The notes under the pieces were generated by a model that ran no database searches, was not told the DNA's origin, and worked only from the letters and a program-made list of their open reading frames with translations. Shown here piece after piece: positions 37,429-46,577 of a stretch of DNA of 64,000 bases. Where the stretch lies: positions 58,650 to 122,649 of the forward strand of contig CALZUA010000002.1 in assembly GCA_945829235.1 (NCBI GenBank), read 5' to 3'. Origin of the DNA: an uncultured Clostridia bacterium. GTDB lineage: Bacteria; Bacillota; Clostridia; Oscillospirales; Ruminococcaceae. The position numbers and the translations under genes were made by a program. The number at the start of each line of letters is the position of its first letter. Position 1 is the stretch's first letter.

Positions 37429-38592
37429 ATGACAAAGCGCGTTTTTCTGATGGTTCTGGATAGCTTTGGCGTTGGAGAAATGCCCGATGCCGAGGATTTC
37501 GGCGACAAGGGCGCGAACACTCTGCGTTCGTGCTTCAACACGGGAAAGCTGAATGTACCGAATATGGCGAAAATGGGGCTGTTCAACATCGACGGAGTTG
37601 ACGTTGGTGAGAAAGAAGCCGCTCCGGACGGCGCTTTTCTGCGGCTCTCGGAGCTTTCCAAGGGTAAGGACACAACCACGGGTCACTGGGAGATTGCCGG
37701 ACTTGTCAGCGAAAAAGCGTTTCCGACATTTCCGGACGGCTTTCCGAGCGAGGTTATCGGTGAGTTTGAGCGCAGAACCGGCAGAAAAACTCTTTGCAAC
37801 AAGCCGTACTCCGGAACAAAGGTTATCGCGGATTACGGCGAGGAGCACCTAAAAACGGGTGCGCTGATTGTTTACACGTCTGCGGACAGCGTTTTTCAGA
37901 TTGCCGCTCACGAGGTCGTTGTTCCCGTGGAGGAGCTGTACAAATACTGCGAAATTGCGCGTGAAATTCTTCAGGGTGATTTTGCCGTGGGGAGAGTTAT
38001 CGCGCGTCCCTTCGAGGGCGAACACCCGTTTAAGAGAACTCCCCGCAGGCACGATTTCTCGCTTGTTCCGCCGAAGAACACAATGTTTGACGTGCTCAAG
38101 GAAAACGGTTTGGACACAATCGGAGTCGGCAAAATATTCGATATCTTCGCGGGAAAAAGCGTTTCGGACTGCGACAGGAGAATAGGAAATGCTGTCGATA
38201 TGGAAATCACGTCCGATTATCAGCAAAAGGATTTTCACGGGCTTTGCTTTACAAATCTAGTTGACTTTGATATGCAGTTCGGTCACCGCCGCGACGCTTT
38301 GGGCTACGCAAACGCGCTGAATGAATTTGACGAGTGGCTCGGGAAATTCAAGGCAAAAATGCGCCCCGATGACGTTCTTATCATCACCGCAGACCACGGT
38401 TGCGACCCTTGCCACAGCGGTACCGACCACACGCGCGAGTATATTCCCGTGCTGATTTTCGGTGAGAGGATAAAGCCCGCAAACCTCGGCACAAGAGCGG
38501 GATTTTGCGATATCGCGGCAACTGTGCTCGAGCTTTTGAACGTAAAAGGCGAAATAAACGGCAGTAGCTTTGCCGATGAAATTCGGGGTTGA
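37429..38592 (+). CDS. deoB: phosphopentomutase
   Basis: VLDSFGVGE and ADHGCDP motifs. ATG 37429 lies 8 nt after AAGAGGG; the ORF-track GTG 37420 is unlikely. Confidence 0.9.
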   Translation: MTKRVFLMVLDSFGVGEMPDAEDFGDKGANTLRSCFNTGKLNVPNMAKMGLFNIDGVDVGEKEAAPDGAFLRLSELSKGKDTTTGHWEIAGLVSEKAFPTFPDGFPSEVIGEFERRTGRKTLCNKPYSGTKVIADYGEEHLKTGALIVYTSADSVFQIAAHEVVVPVEELYKYCEIAREILQGDFAVGRVIARPFEGEHPFKRTPRRHDFSLVPPKNTMFDVLKENGLDTIGVGKIFDIFAGKSVSDCDRRIGNAVDMEITSDYQQKDFHGLCFTNLVDFDMQFGHRRDALGYANALNEFDEWLGKFKAKMRPDDVLIITADHGCDPCHSGTDHTREYIPVLIFGERIKPANLGTRAGFCDIAATVLELLNVKGEINGSSFADEIRG

Positions 38593-39032
38593 TTATGTAC
38601 AATTTTACCGTAAGACCTGCGACAATCAAGGACGCAGAGTCGATTTGCAAGTACAACAAAACTCACGGCAGAAGCGCGCTCTCGCTTGAAGACACCGAGG
38701 CGGCTTTGCAGGAAATCATCAGCGATGGCACTAACAAGGTGCTTGTGGCAATTCATTCACAGCACATCGCGGGCTATGTTTATGCAAGGGAAGTTACAAG
38801 TCTTACCGAGCCACGGTATATTGAAATCGTTGATTTTGGATTGAGCAATTATTATCGGAAAATCGGTGCGGGAACAGCTCTTGTTCAAGCGGTTAAACAG
38901 TGGGCGGAGCAGATGATTGCGGCGAAAATTGTATTCTCGGCGAAAATTTATGATTTGGAAAAGTTCAAGGCATTTGAAGAGGATAATTACATAAAAGACG
39001 AGCGTTCTCTGGTATTTTTCAGAAAATTGTAA
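38589..39032 (+). CDS. GNAT family N-acetyltransferase
   Basis: YYRKIGAGTALVQAVKQWA acetyl-CoA loop. The start overlaps the deoB stop. Confidence 0.7.
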   Translation: MIMYNFTVRPATIKDAESICKYNKTHGRSALSLEDTEAALQEIISDGTNKVLVAIHSQHIAGYVYAREVTSLTEPRYIEIVDFGLSNYYRKIGAGTALVQAVKQWAEQMIAAKIVFSAKIYDLEKFKAFEEDNYIKDERSLVFFRKL

Positions 39033-39078
39033 GCTTTTTATGTTAAAAAATATATAAAAACCGAAAGGAAGATTAAAA

Positions 39079-39906
39079 ATGAGTGAATGTACACACGATT
39101 GTTCAAGCTGTTCGGAAAGCTGTTCCGAGCGTGACCCAAAGAGTTTTCTCGAGAAACCGCACGAGCTGTCGAACATCAAAAAGGTGATTGGAATTGTCAG
39201 CGGCAAGGGCGGCGTGGGAAAATCCCTCGTCACTTGTATGAGCGCTGTTCTGATGAACAGACGCGGGTTCAACACCGCAGTTCTTGACGCGGATATCACA
39301 GGTCCGTCCGTTCCCAAGGCGTTTGGTATCAAGGACAAGGCAACCGGCGACCAAAACGCGATTTTCCCCGTGAAATCCAAAAAGGGAATTAAGGTTATGA
39401 GCGTAAACCTGCTTTTGCCCGATGAAACCGCTCCGGTTGTTTGGAGAGGTCCGATTATCGCGGGTACGGCAAAGCAGTTCTGGACGGACGTTATCTGGGA
39501 CGATGTGGACTATATGTTCGTTGATATGCCTCCGGGAACCGGCGATGTCCCGCTCACCGTTTTTCAGTCAATCCCGCTGGACGGTATAATTGTCGTTACT
39601 TCTCCGCAGGAGTTGGTTTCGATGATTGTCGGAAAAGCGCTTAAAATGGCGGAGATGATGAACGTTCCCATTATCGGTCTTGTCGAGAATATGAGCTATG
39701 TGGTTTGCCCCGACTGCGGTAAACACATCAACGTTTTCGGTGAAAGCCACATTGACGAAACCGCGAAGAAATTCAACCTCAAGGTTCTTGCAAAACTTCC
39801 AATTGACCCTGAAATCGCAAAGCTGGTTGACAGCGGAATGTTGGAGCTTATGGAAAGTGAAGCCGCTGACCCAATTGCCGACGCAGTGGAGGAATTTTGC
39901 AAATGA
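39079..39906 (+). CDS. Mrp/NBP35 (ApbC) family iron-sulfur cluster carrier ATPase
   Basis: Deviant Walker A SGKGGVGKS, CPDCG motif and N-terminal Cys cluster CTHDCSSCSESC. Confidence 0.85.
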   Translation: MSECTHDCSSCSESCSERDPKSFLEKPHELSNIKKVIGIVSGKGGVGKSLVTCMSAVLMNRRGFNTAVLDADITGPSVPKAFGIKDKATGDQNAIFPVKSKKGIKVMSVNLLLPDETAPVVWRGPIIAGTAKQFWTDVIWDDVDYMFVDMPPGTGDVPLTVFQSIPLDGIIVVTSPQELVSMIVGKALKMAEMMNVPIIGLVENMSYVVCPDCGKHINVFGESHIDETAKKFNLKVLAKLPIDPEIAKLVDSGMLELMESEAADPIADAVEEFCK

Positions 39907-40349
39907 GCAGGGGAGATAAGGCTTACGAGCTTTTCACAAGCGGCTACAACTGCTCCCAAGCGGTAACTCTCGCCTATTCCGACCTTTTCGGAATGGACGA
40001 AGAACAGCTCGCGAAGATTTCGGGCGGATTCGGCGGCGGAATGGGCAGAATGAGAGAGGTCTGCGGCGCGTTTTCGGGAATTGTGATGGTGTTAAGCCAA
40101 GCCTACGGTTACACGGACCCGAAAGATACCGAGGGTAAAAAGGCGCTTTATGAGAAAATCCGTGCGGTTGCTGAGCAGTTCAAAAAAGACAACGGAAGCA
40201 TAATCTGCAAGGAGCTTCTCGGTCTTGAAAAGCCTGAAAAAACGGCTCAGCCAGACGCGAGAACTCCCGAGTATTATCAGAAACGTCCGTGCCCGTTGCT
40301 CTGCAAATACGCGGCGGAGCTTGTTGAAACGGAGCTTTCAAAAGAATAA
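39897..40349 (+). CDS. C_GCAxxG_C_C family protein
   Basis: YNCSQAV and GGGMGRMREVCGAFSG motifs. Confidence 0.75.
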   Translation: MQMSRGDKAYELFTSGYNCSQAVTLAYSDLFGMDEEQLAKISGGFGGGMGRMREVCGAFSGIVMVLSQAYGYTDPKDTEGKKALYEKIRAVAEQFKKDNGSIICKELLGLEKPEKTAQPDARTPEYYQKRPCPLLCKYAAELVETELSKE

Positions 40350-40351
40350 AG

Positions 40352-40381
40352 GAAAACGGCAGTCTGAAAACTGCCGTTTTT
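40352..40381. terminator. bidirectional intrinsic terminator
   Basis: AAAACGGCAGT-ctgaaa-ACTGCCGTTTTTT between convergent genes. Confidence 0.8.
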
Positions 40382-40923
40382 TATATGAAATAGTTGTCGA
40401 GATAAGCTTTGAACGCTTTGGGGTCTTCTTTAATTTTGCTCTTGATAAAATCGGCGTTCTCGGAATTTTCGGCGGCGATTTCGAGGTAATATTTTGGTTG
40501 AGCGGTAACCTCGTCCATAATAGTAACGCCCAAAGTGCAAGTCCCGTCGGGATTTGTGATGTATCGAACAGCAAGAAACGAGCTGTTTTTCTTCATTGCG
40601 TCGCGGGTGTAAACGCGAACAGCTTCCTTAAACATTTTGTCGCGAACTGAAGATGGGAGCTCTGTGCTGAGGTCTTTGGCGGCCTTAATTCCCATTGCAG
40701 TGTTTGAGTACACAATCTCCCCGTCAATATCGGTTACATTGAGCAAATGCCCCGATGCCTTTTCAAGCGCGGACGTGAGGTTAAAGTAATTCACCGCGTC
40801 CTCAAGCGAGGTTATTTCAATCAGCTCGTCCTTCGACAGCGGACAGCCGAGCGAGTAAATCAGGTGACAAATCAAAACGCAGATATCGTCGATTTCGGAT
40901 ATGCGTATTCTTGGTACTTCCAC
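40381..40923 (-). CDS. hypothetical protein, possibly DUF4364-like (winged-helix)
   Basis: Last gene of the aroBAC operon, 12 nt after the aroC stop. The family assignment is from memory only. Confidence 0.4.
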   Translation of the reverse strand: MEVPRIRISEIDDICVLICHLIYSLGCPLSKDELIEITSLEDAVNYFNLTSALEKASGHLLNVTDIDGEIVYSNTAMGIKAAKDLSTELPSSVRDKMFKEAVRVYTRDAMKKNSSFLAVRYITNPDGTCTLGVTIMDEVTAQPKYYLEIAAENSENADFIKSKIKEDPKAFKAYLDNYFI

Positions 40924-40935
40924 GAAATTCTCCTT

Positions 40936-42024
40936 TCAAATTTTCGGATTTTCAATCAGTGCAGACAGCAAAGCAATATTCATCGCCGACTCAACGCACG
41001 GAACAGCTCTCGGCACAACGCAAGGGTCGTGTCTGCCCTTGATAACAAGCTCCGTGTCACGTTTCTCCTTGAAATCCACGGTTTTCTGCGGGCGCGAAAT
41101 TGACGGAGTTGGCTTGAACGCAACTCTGAAAATTATCGGCATACCGGAGCTGATTCCGCCGAGAATTCCGCCGTGATTGTTGGTTTTGGTGAGAATTTTC
41201 TCGTTCTGAACGTAAAATTCATCGTTGTTTTCGCTACCAAACAAATCCGTGCAGTCGAAGCCGTTGCCAAATTCAATTCCCTTAACAGCAGGAATTGCGA
41301 AAATCAAACGCGAGATTATATTCTCCAGCCCGTCAAGCATCGGCGAGCCAACACCCGCGGGAAAACCAACGGCCGCACATTCGATAACGCCGCCAACGCT
41401 GTTCAAATTCATTCTCGCGGAATTTATCACATCGCGCATCTTCTCCTCGGATTCATCTGAGGTAACGGGAAAAGCGCGCGTTTTAACCGAGTTCAGTTGC
41501 TCCGCAGTAACATTTACAGGGTCAAATCGTTCATCGAGAACATTCTTGATTTTAATAATATGCGCTCCGACAGTTATCCCGCGGTGCTCGAGAATTTGCG
41601 CGCAAACCGCTCCCGCAAAGCAAAGCGGCGCGGTAAGTCTGCCCGAAAAATGCCCGCCGCCGCGCGGGTCGTTTGCACCGTTATAGCGCAAAAATCCCGT
41701 GTAATCCGCGTGAGCGGGGCGCGCCGTGCTGATAAGATTTCCGTAATCGCCGGAGTGCTGGTCGGAGTTGTAAATCACGGCAGCAAGCGGCGATCCCGTA
41801 GTTTTTCCCTCATAAAGTCCCGAGAGAATTTCGGGAATGTCCTTTTCATTGCGCATTGTAGAGGTTCCGTCCTTTTTGGGAGCGCGCCTCGCCATAAATT
41901 CCCCGATTTTATCAAGGTCAATCGGCTCACCCGCGGGAAGATTGTCCAAAACAACCCCGATACCTTTTCCGTGACTTTCGCCGAAAATCGAGAACTTAAT
42001 CCCGCCGTTAAAACTTGATGACAT
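40936..42024 (-). CDS. aroC: chorismate synthase
   Basis: GESHG, RPGHAD-like RPAHADYT and GGRSSARET-like motifs, full length. Confidence 0.95.
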   Translation of the reverse strand: MSSSFNGGIKFSIFGESHGKGIGVVLDNLPAGEPIDLDKIGEFMARRAPKKDGTSTMRNEKDIPEILSGLYEGKTTGSPLAAVIYNSDQHSGDYGNLISTARPAHADYTGFLRYNGANDPRGGGHFSGRLTAPLCFAGAVCAQILEHRGITVGAHIIKIKNVLDERFDPVNVTAEQLNSVKTRAFPVTSDESEEKMRDVINSARMNLNSVGGVIECAAVGFPAGVGSPMLDGLENIISRLIFAIPAVKGIEFGNGFDCTDLFGSENNDEFYVQNEKILTKTNNHGGILGGISSGMPIIFRVAFKPTPSISRPQKTVDFKEKRDTELVIKGRHDPCVVPRAVPCVESAMNIALLSALIENPKI

Positions 42025-42045
42025 AACAAACTCCTATCAAATTAC

Positions 42046-43266
42046 TCAAATCTTCTCAAAAATCCCGCCGAGCGTTCTGTAAACATCGAAGAAATTCGGG
42101 AAAGATTTGGAAACGCACTCCGCACCGCGAATTATCAGCGGATTTTCACAACGAGTCGCGGCAATTGCCATTGACATAGCAATTCTGTGGTCGTTAAAAC
42201 AGCCGACCTCGCCGCCCTTGAACGTTCCCACGCCTTCTATTTCAAGCGTATCGGCAGTAGATTTCACCTTGCCGCCGATTTTGTTCAGGCAGTCTTCCAT
42301 TGCCGCCAAACGGTCGCACTCCTTTATTCTGAGCCGCGCGGCGTTTAATATACGGCTTTTCCCTTCACAAAAGCAACCGAGCACAGATAAAATCGGCACC
42401 AAATCGGGAATATCCGAACAGTCCAGCTCAAATGCTTCTCCGTTAACAGCTTTTTTGCAAATATCAACGATAGCCTTGTCGCCCTGCAGCGAGTTTTCGT
42501 TAAGTCCCGCAATTTCAATCGTAGAACCAAGCGCGTTGGCAACATAAAAGAACGCCGCCTGCGAAAAATCTCCCTCAACCGCTCCCGAAAAAGGCACAAG
42601 CCGCTGATTTCCCTTGACGGAATAACCTGTTTTGGTTTCGGAAATTTCACAGCCAAAATCCCGCAGAACGCCGATTGTTATGTCAACGTAGGGCTTGGAT
42701 TGCAGGGGAGAGGTGAGGACGATTTCACTGTCCTCGTTCAACAGCGGTAGCGCAAAAAGCAACCCCGTGATAAACTGCGAGGAAATTCCCCCGTCAACCT
42801 CAAATCTGCCGCCGGTCAGTTTCCCGTGAACCGAGAAAGGCAGATTATCACCATTTTCGGGTAGCTTGAAAGAAATTCCGTGCTTTGGCAGTTCATCGAG
42901 AAACGGTGTAATCGGTCTTTGCGGGAGCTTTCCGCGCCCCATAAACTCCGCGTCAACTCCAAGCGCGCAGGCAACCGGTATCAGAAATCTCAGCGTTGAG
43001 CCGGATTCACAGCAATCCAAAACGGCTTTATCGGGAGAATTTTTTATTCCTTCAATCACCGCGGTGTTGTTGCTGAAGCTGATTTTTGCTCCGAGCGCCT
43101 TCATACAGTCCATTGTTGCCGTGATATCAACGGAAGGGAAGAGGTTTGAAATCGTGGAAATCCCGTCCGAGAGCGCCGCCGCGATTATCATACGGTGAGC
43201 AACGCTTTTTGACGGCGGCACGACAACCTTTCCAGACAATTTATTCGGCGAAATTCTTAAATCCAT
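42046..43266 (-). CDS. aroA: 3-phosphoshikimate 1-carboxyvinyltransferase (EPSP synthase)
   Basis: PPSKSVAHR, DCCESGSTLRFL and NDHRIAMS motifs. ATG 43266 lies directly after the aroB stop. Confidence 0.95.
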   Translation of the reverse strand: MDLRISPNKLSGKVVVPPSKSVAHRMIIAAALSDGISTISNLFPSVDITATMDCMKALGAKISFSNNTAVIEGIKNSPDKAVLDCCESGSTLRFLIPVACALGVDAEFMGRGKLPQRPITPFLDELPKHGISFKLPENGDNLPFSVHGKLTGGRFEVDGGISSQFITGLLFALPLLNEDSEIVLTSPLQSKPYVDITIGVLRDFGCEISETKTGYSVKGNQRLVPFSGAVEGDFSQAAFFYVANALGSTIEIAGLNENSLQGDKAIVDICKKAVNGEAFELDCSDIPDLVPILSVLGCFCEGKSRILNAARLRIKECDRLAAMEDCLNKIGGKVKSTADTLEIEGVGTFKGGEVGCFNDHRIAMSMAIAATRCENPLIIRGAECVSKSFPNFFDVYRTLGGIFEKI

Positions 43267-43267
43267 A

Positions 43268-44317
43268 TCAGCTCTCCAAAAAATTCTTGTATTCCTCAAC
43301 CGACATCTTCACAATCTCGCTCTTGCCGATATCCGAGCAAATAACGATGTTCATACCGCTCGAGAGGTGCTTTTTGTCGCGAAGTGAGAGCGTGTACAGC
43401 TCGTCAAGCGGCGCTTTGTCGGTTATCGGCAAGCCGCATTTCAACAACAGCTTGTCCAGCTTGTCGGCAACGCCCGCCTTGCACATACCTCTGCGCTCGG
43501 CAATATGCGTGAAAACGCTCATTCCAACGGCAACTGCGTGACCGTGTGCAATTCCCGTGTAATTGTAGTATTTTTCGAGCGCGTGAGCCAGAGTGTGCCC
43601 GAAATTCAGGAGCATACGCTCGCCTTTTTCACGCTCGTCCGCTTCGACAACCTTTCCCTTAATCGAAACATTTCGTTTCATTATATCAACCATATTCTCT
43701 GAGATATCCTTTGTCGAAAGGATTTCAAACAGCTCAGGCGACTTTATCATACCGTGCTTGATAACCTCCGCCATTCCGTCCGAAAAGAACTCGGGTGTGA
43801 GCGTTTTGAGGGTATCGGTGTCGCAGATTACCAGCTTAGGCTGATGAAAAGCGCCGACAAGATTTTTGCCCGCGTTGATATTTACAGCGGTTTTTCCGCC
43901 GACAGAGCTGTCCGATTGACTGACAACGGTCGTGGGAATTTGCACAAAATCAATCCCGCGCATAAAGGTCGCCGCCGCATAGCCTGCGGTATCTCCGACA
44001 ACTCCGCCGCCGAGTGCTACAATAAAATCAGAGCGCGTGAAATTATTCTCCGCGAGAAATTCATAAATTCCTATCAAAGTAGTATGATTTTTCGACGCTT
44101 CACCGTGCGGAAAAACAAACTTTTTCGCGGATATTCCCGCATTTTCAAGCGATTTCATAACTCTTTCGCCGTAAAGTCGGTCAACGTTGTCGTCCGTCAC
44201 AACGCACGCATTTTTTGATTTCATTACCGCGGAAATATATTCTCCCGCATTTTCAAGAATCCCTCTGTCAAGCAATATATCATAGGTTGAGCTTGCTTTT
44301 ACCGTAACTTTTTCCAT
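43268..44317 (-). CDS. aroB: 3-dehydroquinate synthase
   Basis: ALGGGVVGDTAGYAAA, GKNLVGAF.QP and HGHAVAVGM motifs. Confidence 0.9.
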   Translation of the reverse strand: MEKVTVKASSTYDILLDRGILENAGEYISAVMKSKNACVVTDDNVDRLYGERVMKSLENAGISAKKFVFPHGEASKNHTTLIGIYEFLAENNFTRSDFIVALGGGVVGDTAGYAAATFMRGIDFVQIPTTVVSQSDSSVGGKTAVNINAGKNLVGAFHQPKLVICDTDTLKTLTPEFFSDGMAEVIKHGMIKSPELFEILSTKDISENMVDIMKRNVSIKGKVVEADEREKGERMLLNFGHTLAHALEKYYNYTGIAHGHAVAVGMSVFTHIAERRGMCKAGVADKLDKLLLKCGLPITDKAPLDELYTLSLRDKKHLSSGMNIVICSDIGKSEIVKMSVEEYKNFLES

Positions 44318-44408
44318 TTAAATTCCTCCAGTCCACATATTATTTTACCATATACCACGGGAAATTTCAAGTGTTTTTGAAAAGAAAAGGGCAAAGGTGC
44401 AAAAACTA

Positions 44409-44437
44409 TTGACAAATTCCCGAAAAATACTTATAAT
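44409..44437 (+). promoter_or_regulatory. consensus sigma-70 promoter of the Ser-rich lipoprotein gene
   Basis: TTGACA, 17 nt, TATAAT. Confidence 0.65.
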
Positions 44438-44495
44438 GATAATAAGCTGTTTATTGAACGAAATAATCAAAATACTTGAAGGGGGATATGCCATT

Positions 44496-45182
44496 ATGAA
44501 TAATAATCAAATTAAAGCTGTGGCGCTTGCTCTTTGCGGAGCTGTGGCATTATGCGGATGCTCTCAAAAATCAAGCAACGAATCAACATCGGTAACAAGT
44601 TGCAGTATAAGCAATGTTGACAGCAGTTCAGAATATAGCACCGGCTCATCGATGGTTTCTTCTGTTAGTACATCTTCCTCTGTTAGTACAACTACGTCTT
44701 CAGAAAGCGCAAGCTCATCTGAAAGCAGTGATATATCGTCTTCAACAACGGCGACTTCATCAAGCTCGTCAACTACAACAAATGAACCCGTCCGATCAAC
44801 TGCAACTTCTGTTGAACAGACTGAGAGCGAACCGTCTTCTGAATGGGCTGAGAGTTCTTATAGCGCTGTAATGTATGTAAATACGGATTGCTATTCTCGT
44901 GTAAAGCCTATTCTTGGATTTACAAAAGCTAGTCTGTATCACATAAATGATAAGGTAAATGTTGTAGCAAAGACGAATACTGATTTTTATAAACTTGATA
45001 ACGGTGAGTTTATTCATGTAGATTATCTTGGCGCAAATAAGATAACTGTTCAATTTTCGTCAAGTAGCGCTTCATCAAGCAAAAGCTCATCAAGCTCCAG
45101 CAGTAGTTCACGCCATAGCGATATTGTGTACATAGATATCGGATCGAATATCGGAAGACCTTTAAGTGACTTTTTCGACTAA
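44496..45182 (+). CDS. Ser/Thr-rich lipoprotein with SH3b-like domain
   Basis: Signal and lipobox ALCGAVALCGCS, about 100 aa of S/T-rich low complexity, an SH3_3-like core (VNTDCYSRVKP..NDKVNVVAK..FYKLDNGEFIHVDYL) and a second poly-Ser tract. ATG 44496 has a GAAGGGGGA SD. Confidence 0.65.
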   Translation: MNNNQIKAVALALCGAVALCGCSQKSSNESTSVTSCSISNVDSSSEYSTGSSMVSSVSTSSSVSTTTSSESASSSESSDISSSTTATSSSSSTTTNEPVRSTATSVEQTESEPSSEWAESSYSAVMYVNTDCYSRVKPILGFTKASLYHINDKVNVVAKTNTDFYKLDNGEFIHVDYLGANKITVQFSSSSASSSKSSSSSSSSSRHSDIVYIDIGSNIGRPLSDFFD

Positions 45183-45196
45183 TTTCAGAATATCTG

Positions 45197-45236
45197 ATAA
45201 CGCCCCATGTGATAATGAGGCGTTATTTTTATTATT
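45197..45236 (+). terminator. intrinsic terminator after the lipoprotein gene
   Basis: ATAACGCC-14 nt-GGCGTTAT followed by TTTTTATTATT. Confidence 0.7.
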
Positions 45237-46270
45237 CACTTGTTTTTCGGTTTAACCGAGGAAAGCGGGTTTTGCTTCATAGCATTTTCCATTTGCGAGT
45301 TGGAAACGTGGGTGTAAATCTGCGTTGTATTGAGATTTTCGTGACCGAGAACGTCTTTGAGAACACGCACGTCAACACCGTTTTGATACATAAGAGTTGC
45401 GGCGGTGTGGCGTAGCTTGTGCACGGAAATTCCCATATTGTCCAAGCCGCTTGTTTTAAGACATTCCTCGACAATCTGCTGAACACGGCGGTTTGATATT
45501 CGGGTACGGCGCTTGCTCAGGAAAAGCGCGTTTGTGGGTGCTGTCATATCGCGCAAACCTGCGGCAAGACGCTCCTCGTTGTCGGTAATCTCGGGATTTA
45601 CATAGTCCTTGTAAGCGTTTACACAAGCATCGTTCAGATAAACCAAGCGTTCCTTACTACCTTTGCCGAGCACCTTCAGCGAATACACAACATTTCCGTC
45701 CTTATCACGCGTTTCACGGATATCATTGAGATTTATCCCGACAAGCTCCGACAAACGCATTCCGCAGTTCAGAAAGAACGTAATAATGCAATAATCGCGC
45801 TTTTTATCGGGCGTATCGATGTTCACAAGCAACTCGAGCGACTGTTCAAGCGTGAGGAATTTCGGGAGCGCGGGCTTGGGGCTTGGAAGTTCCAGATTAG
45901 CCACGGGACTTACCTCAAACATATTCTTGTTGTTCGTGAGAAACTTGTAGAATTGCCGTAAAGCAACAGCCTTGCGATAACGCGCTTTTTGCTCGTTGTC
46001 TTTTTGCGTTTTCATATAAACGAGAAATTCCTGTGCAAGCGTTAAATCGACGGATTTAATATCTTCATCGGTGATATCGGAAATGTCGATTTTAGAGAAA
46101 TCATCTTCGGGTGCGCCTTTTTTGCGGATTTTGTAAAATCTGAAAAATGTCCGCAAGTCATTGTAATAATTTTTTACAGTAAGCTCCGAGCGACCTTTGA
46201 CAATCTGCTCATAATAAATGAAATCACGGATTGACTGCGGTGCGCTGTCATAAATTTTTGTGTTTACCAT
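45236..46270 (-). CDS. tyrosine site-specific recombinase (Xer/phage-integrase family)
   Basis: C-terminal catalytic region HKLRHTAATLMYQNG.D.R.L...LGHENLNTTQIYTHV, an R in ..GMRLSEL.., and an N-terminal SAM-like core-binding domain. Confidence 0.85.
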   Translation of the reverse strand: MVNTKIYDSAPQSIRDFIYYEQIVKGRSELTVKNYYNDLRTFFRFYKIRKKGAPEDDFSKIDISDITDEDIKSVDLTLAQEFLVYMKTQKDNEQKARYRKAVALRQFYKFLTNNKNMFEVSPVANLELPSPKPALPKFLTLEQSLELLVNIDTPDKKRDYCIITFFLNCGMRLSELVGINLNDIRETRDKDGNVVYSLKVLGKGSKERLVYLNDACVNAYKDYVNPEITDNEERLAAGLRDMTAPTNALFLSKRRTRISNRRVQQIVEECLKTSGLDNMGISVHKLRHTAATLMYQNGVDVRVLKDVLGHENLNTTQIYTHVSNSQMENAMKQNPLSSVKPKNK

Positions 46271-46295
46271 ATTTTCCTCTTTTTCGCCCCTTCTT

Positions 46296-46323
46296 ATTGC
46301 GTAAAATTTTTATTTTACGCAAT
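46296..46323. repeat. perfect 28-bp palindrome in the xer 5' leader (dif-shaped: 11-6-11)
   Basis: ATTGCGTAAAA-TTTTTA-TTTTACGCAAT. It lies between the xer promoter and the RBS. A near copy is at 59239..59266. Confidence 0.9.
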
Positions 46324-46357
46324 TACTTATATTTCTCGAAATAGTCCCCTACAACAA

Positions 46358-46386
46358 ATTATACCATAAATCTGTCCAAACGTCAA
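46358..46386 (-). promoter_or_regulatory. sigma-70 promoter of xer
   Basis: On the minus strand: TTGACG (46386..46381), 17 nt, TATAAT (46363..46358). Confidence 0.7.
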
Positions 46387-46404
46387 CACTTCAGCGAATT
46401 TTCG

Positions 46405-46436
46405 ATAAAAAGAAAACCTCGGGAAAAACCGAGGTT
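46405..46436 (-). terminator. intrinsic terminator (second in tandem)
   Basis: On the minus strand: AACCTCGG-tttttc-CCGAGGTT followed by TTCTTTTT. Confidence 0.7.
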
Positions 46437-46481
46437 GATTGTATTTGAAAAGTTCTGCAAGAAATTTCTCAATTGATTATC

Positions 46482-46517
46482 ACAAAAACGCCAGCGTTAC
46501 AAGATAGCGCTGGCGTT
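46482..46517 (-). terminator. intrinsic terminator
   Basis: On the minus strand: AACGCCAGCG-ctatcttgta-CGCTGGCGTT followed by TTTTGTG. Confidence 0.8.
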
Positions 46518-46573
46518 GGAGAAAAGGAATGAAATCAGGTAGGAAATCATCTAAATTTCCCACCTATGCCATT
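46482..46573 (-). ncRNA. candidate small RNA / micro-ORF transcript (about 90 nt)
   Basis: Bounded by a perfect promoter (46578..46606) and a terminator (46482..46517). It contains an 11-bp hairpin AGGUGGGAAAU/AUUUCCUACCU and a CU-rich single strand UUCCUUUUCUCC. It also has a possible 17-codon ORF MISYLISFLFSNASAIL (46550..46497). No expression data. Confidence 0.45.
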
Positions 46574-46577
46574 GTTC

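Noticed and set aside
44409-46386. Recombinase plus atypical lipoprotein as a small integrated mobile element.
   Set aside because: I could find no flanking direct repeats or att-like duplications, no tRNA target, and no excisionase, replication, transfer or phage genes. Both genes have independent promoters and terminators and are convergent.
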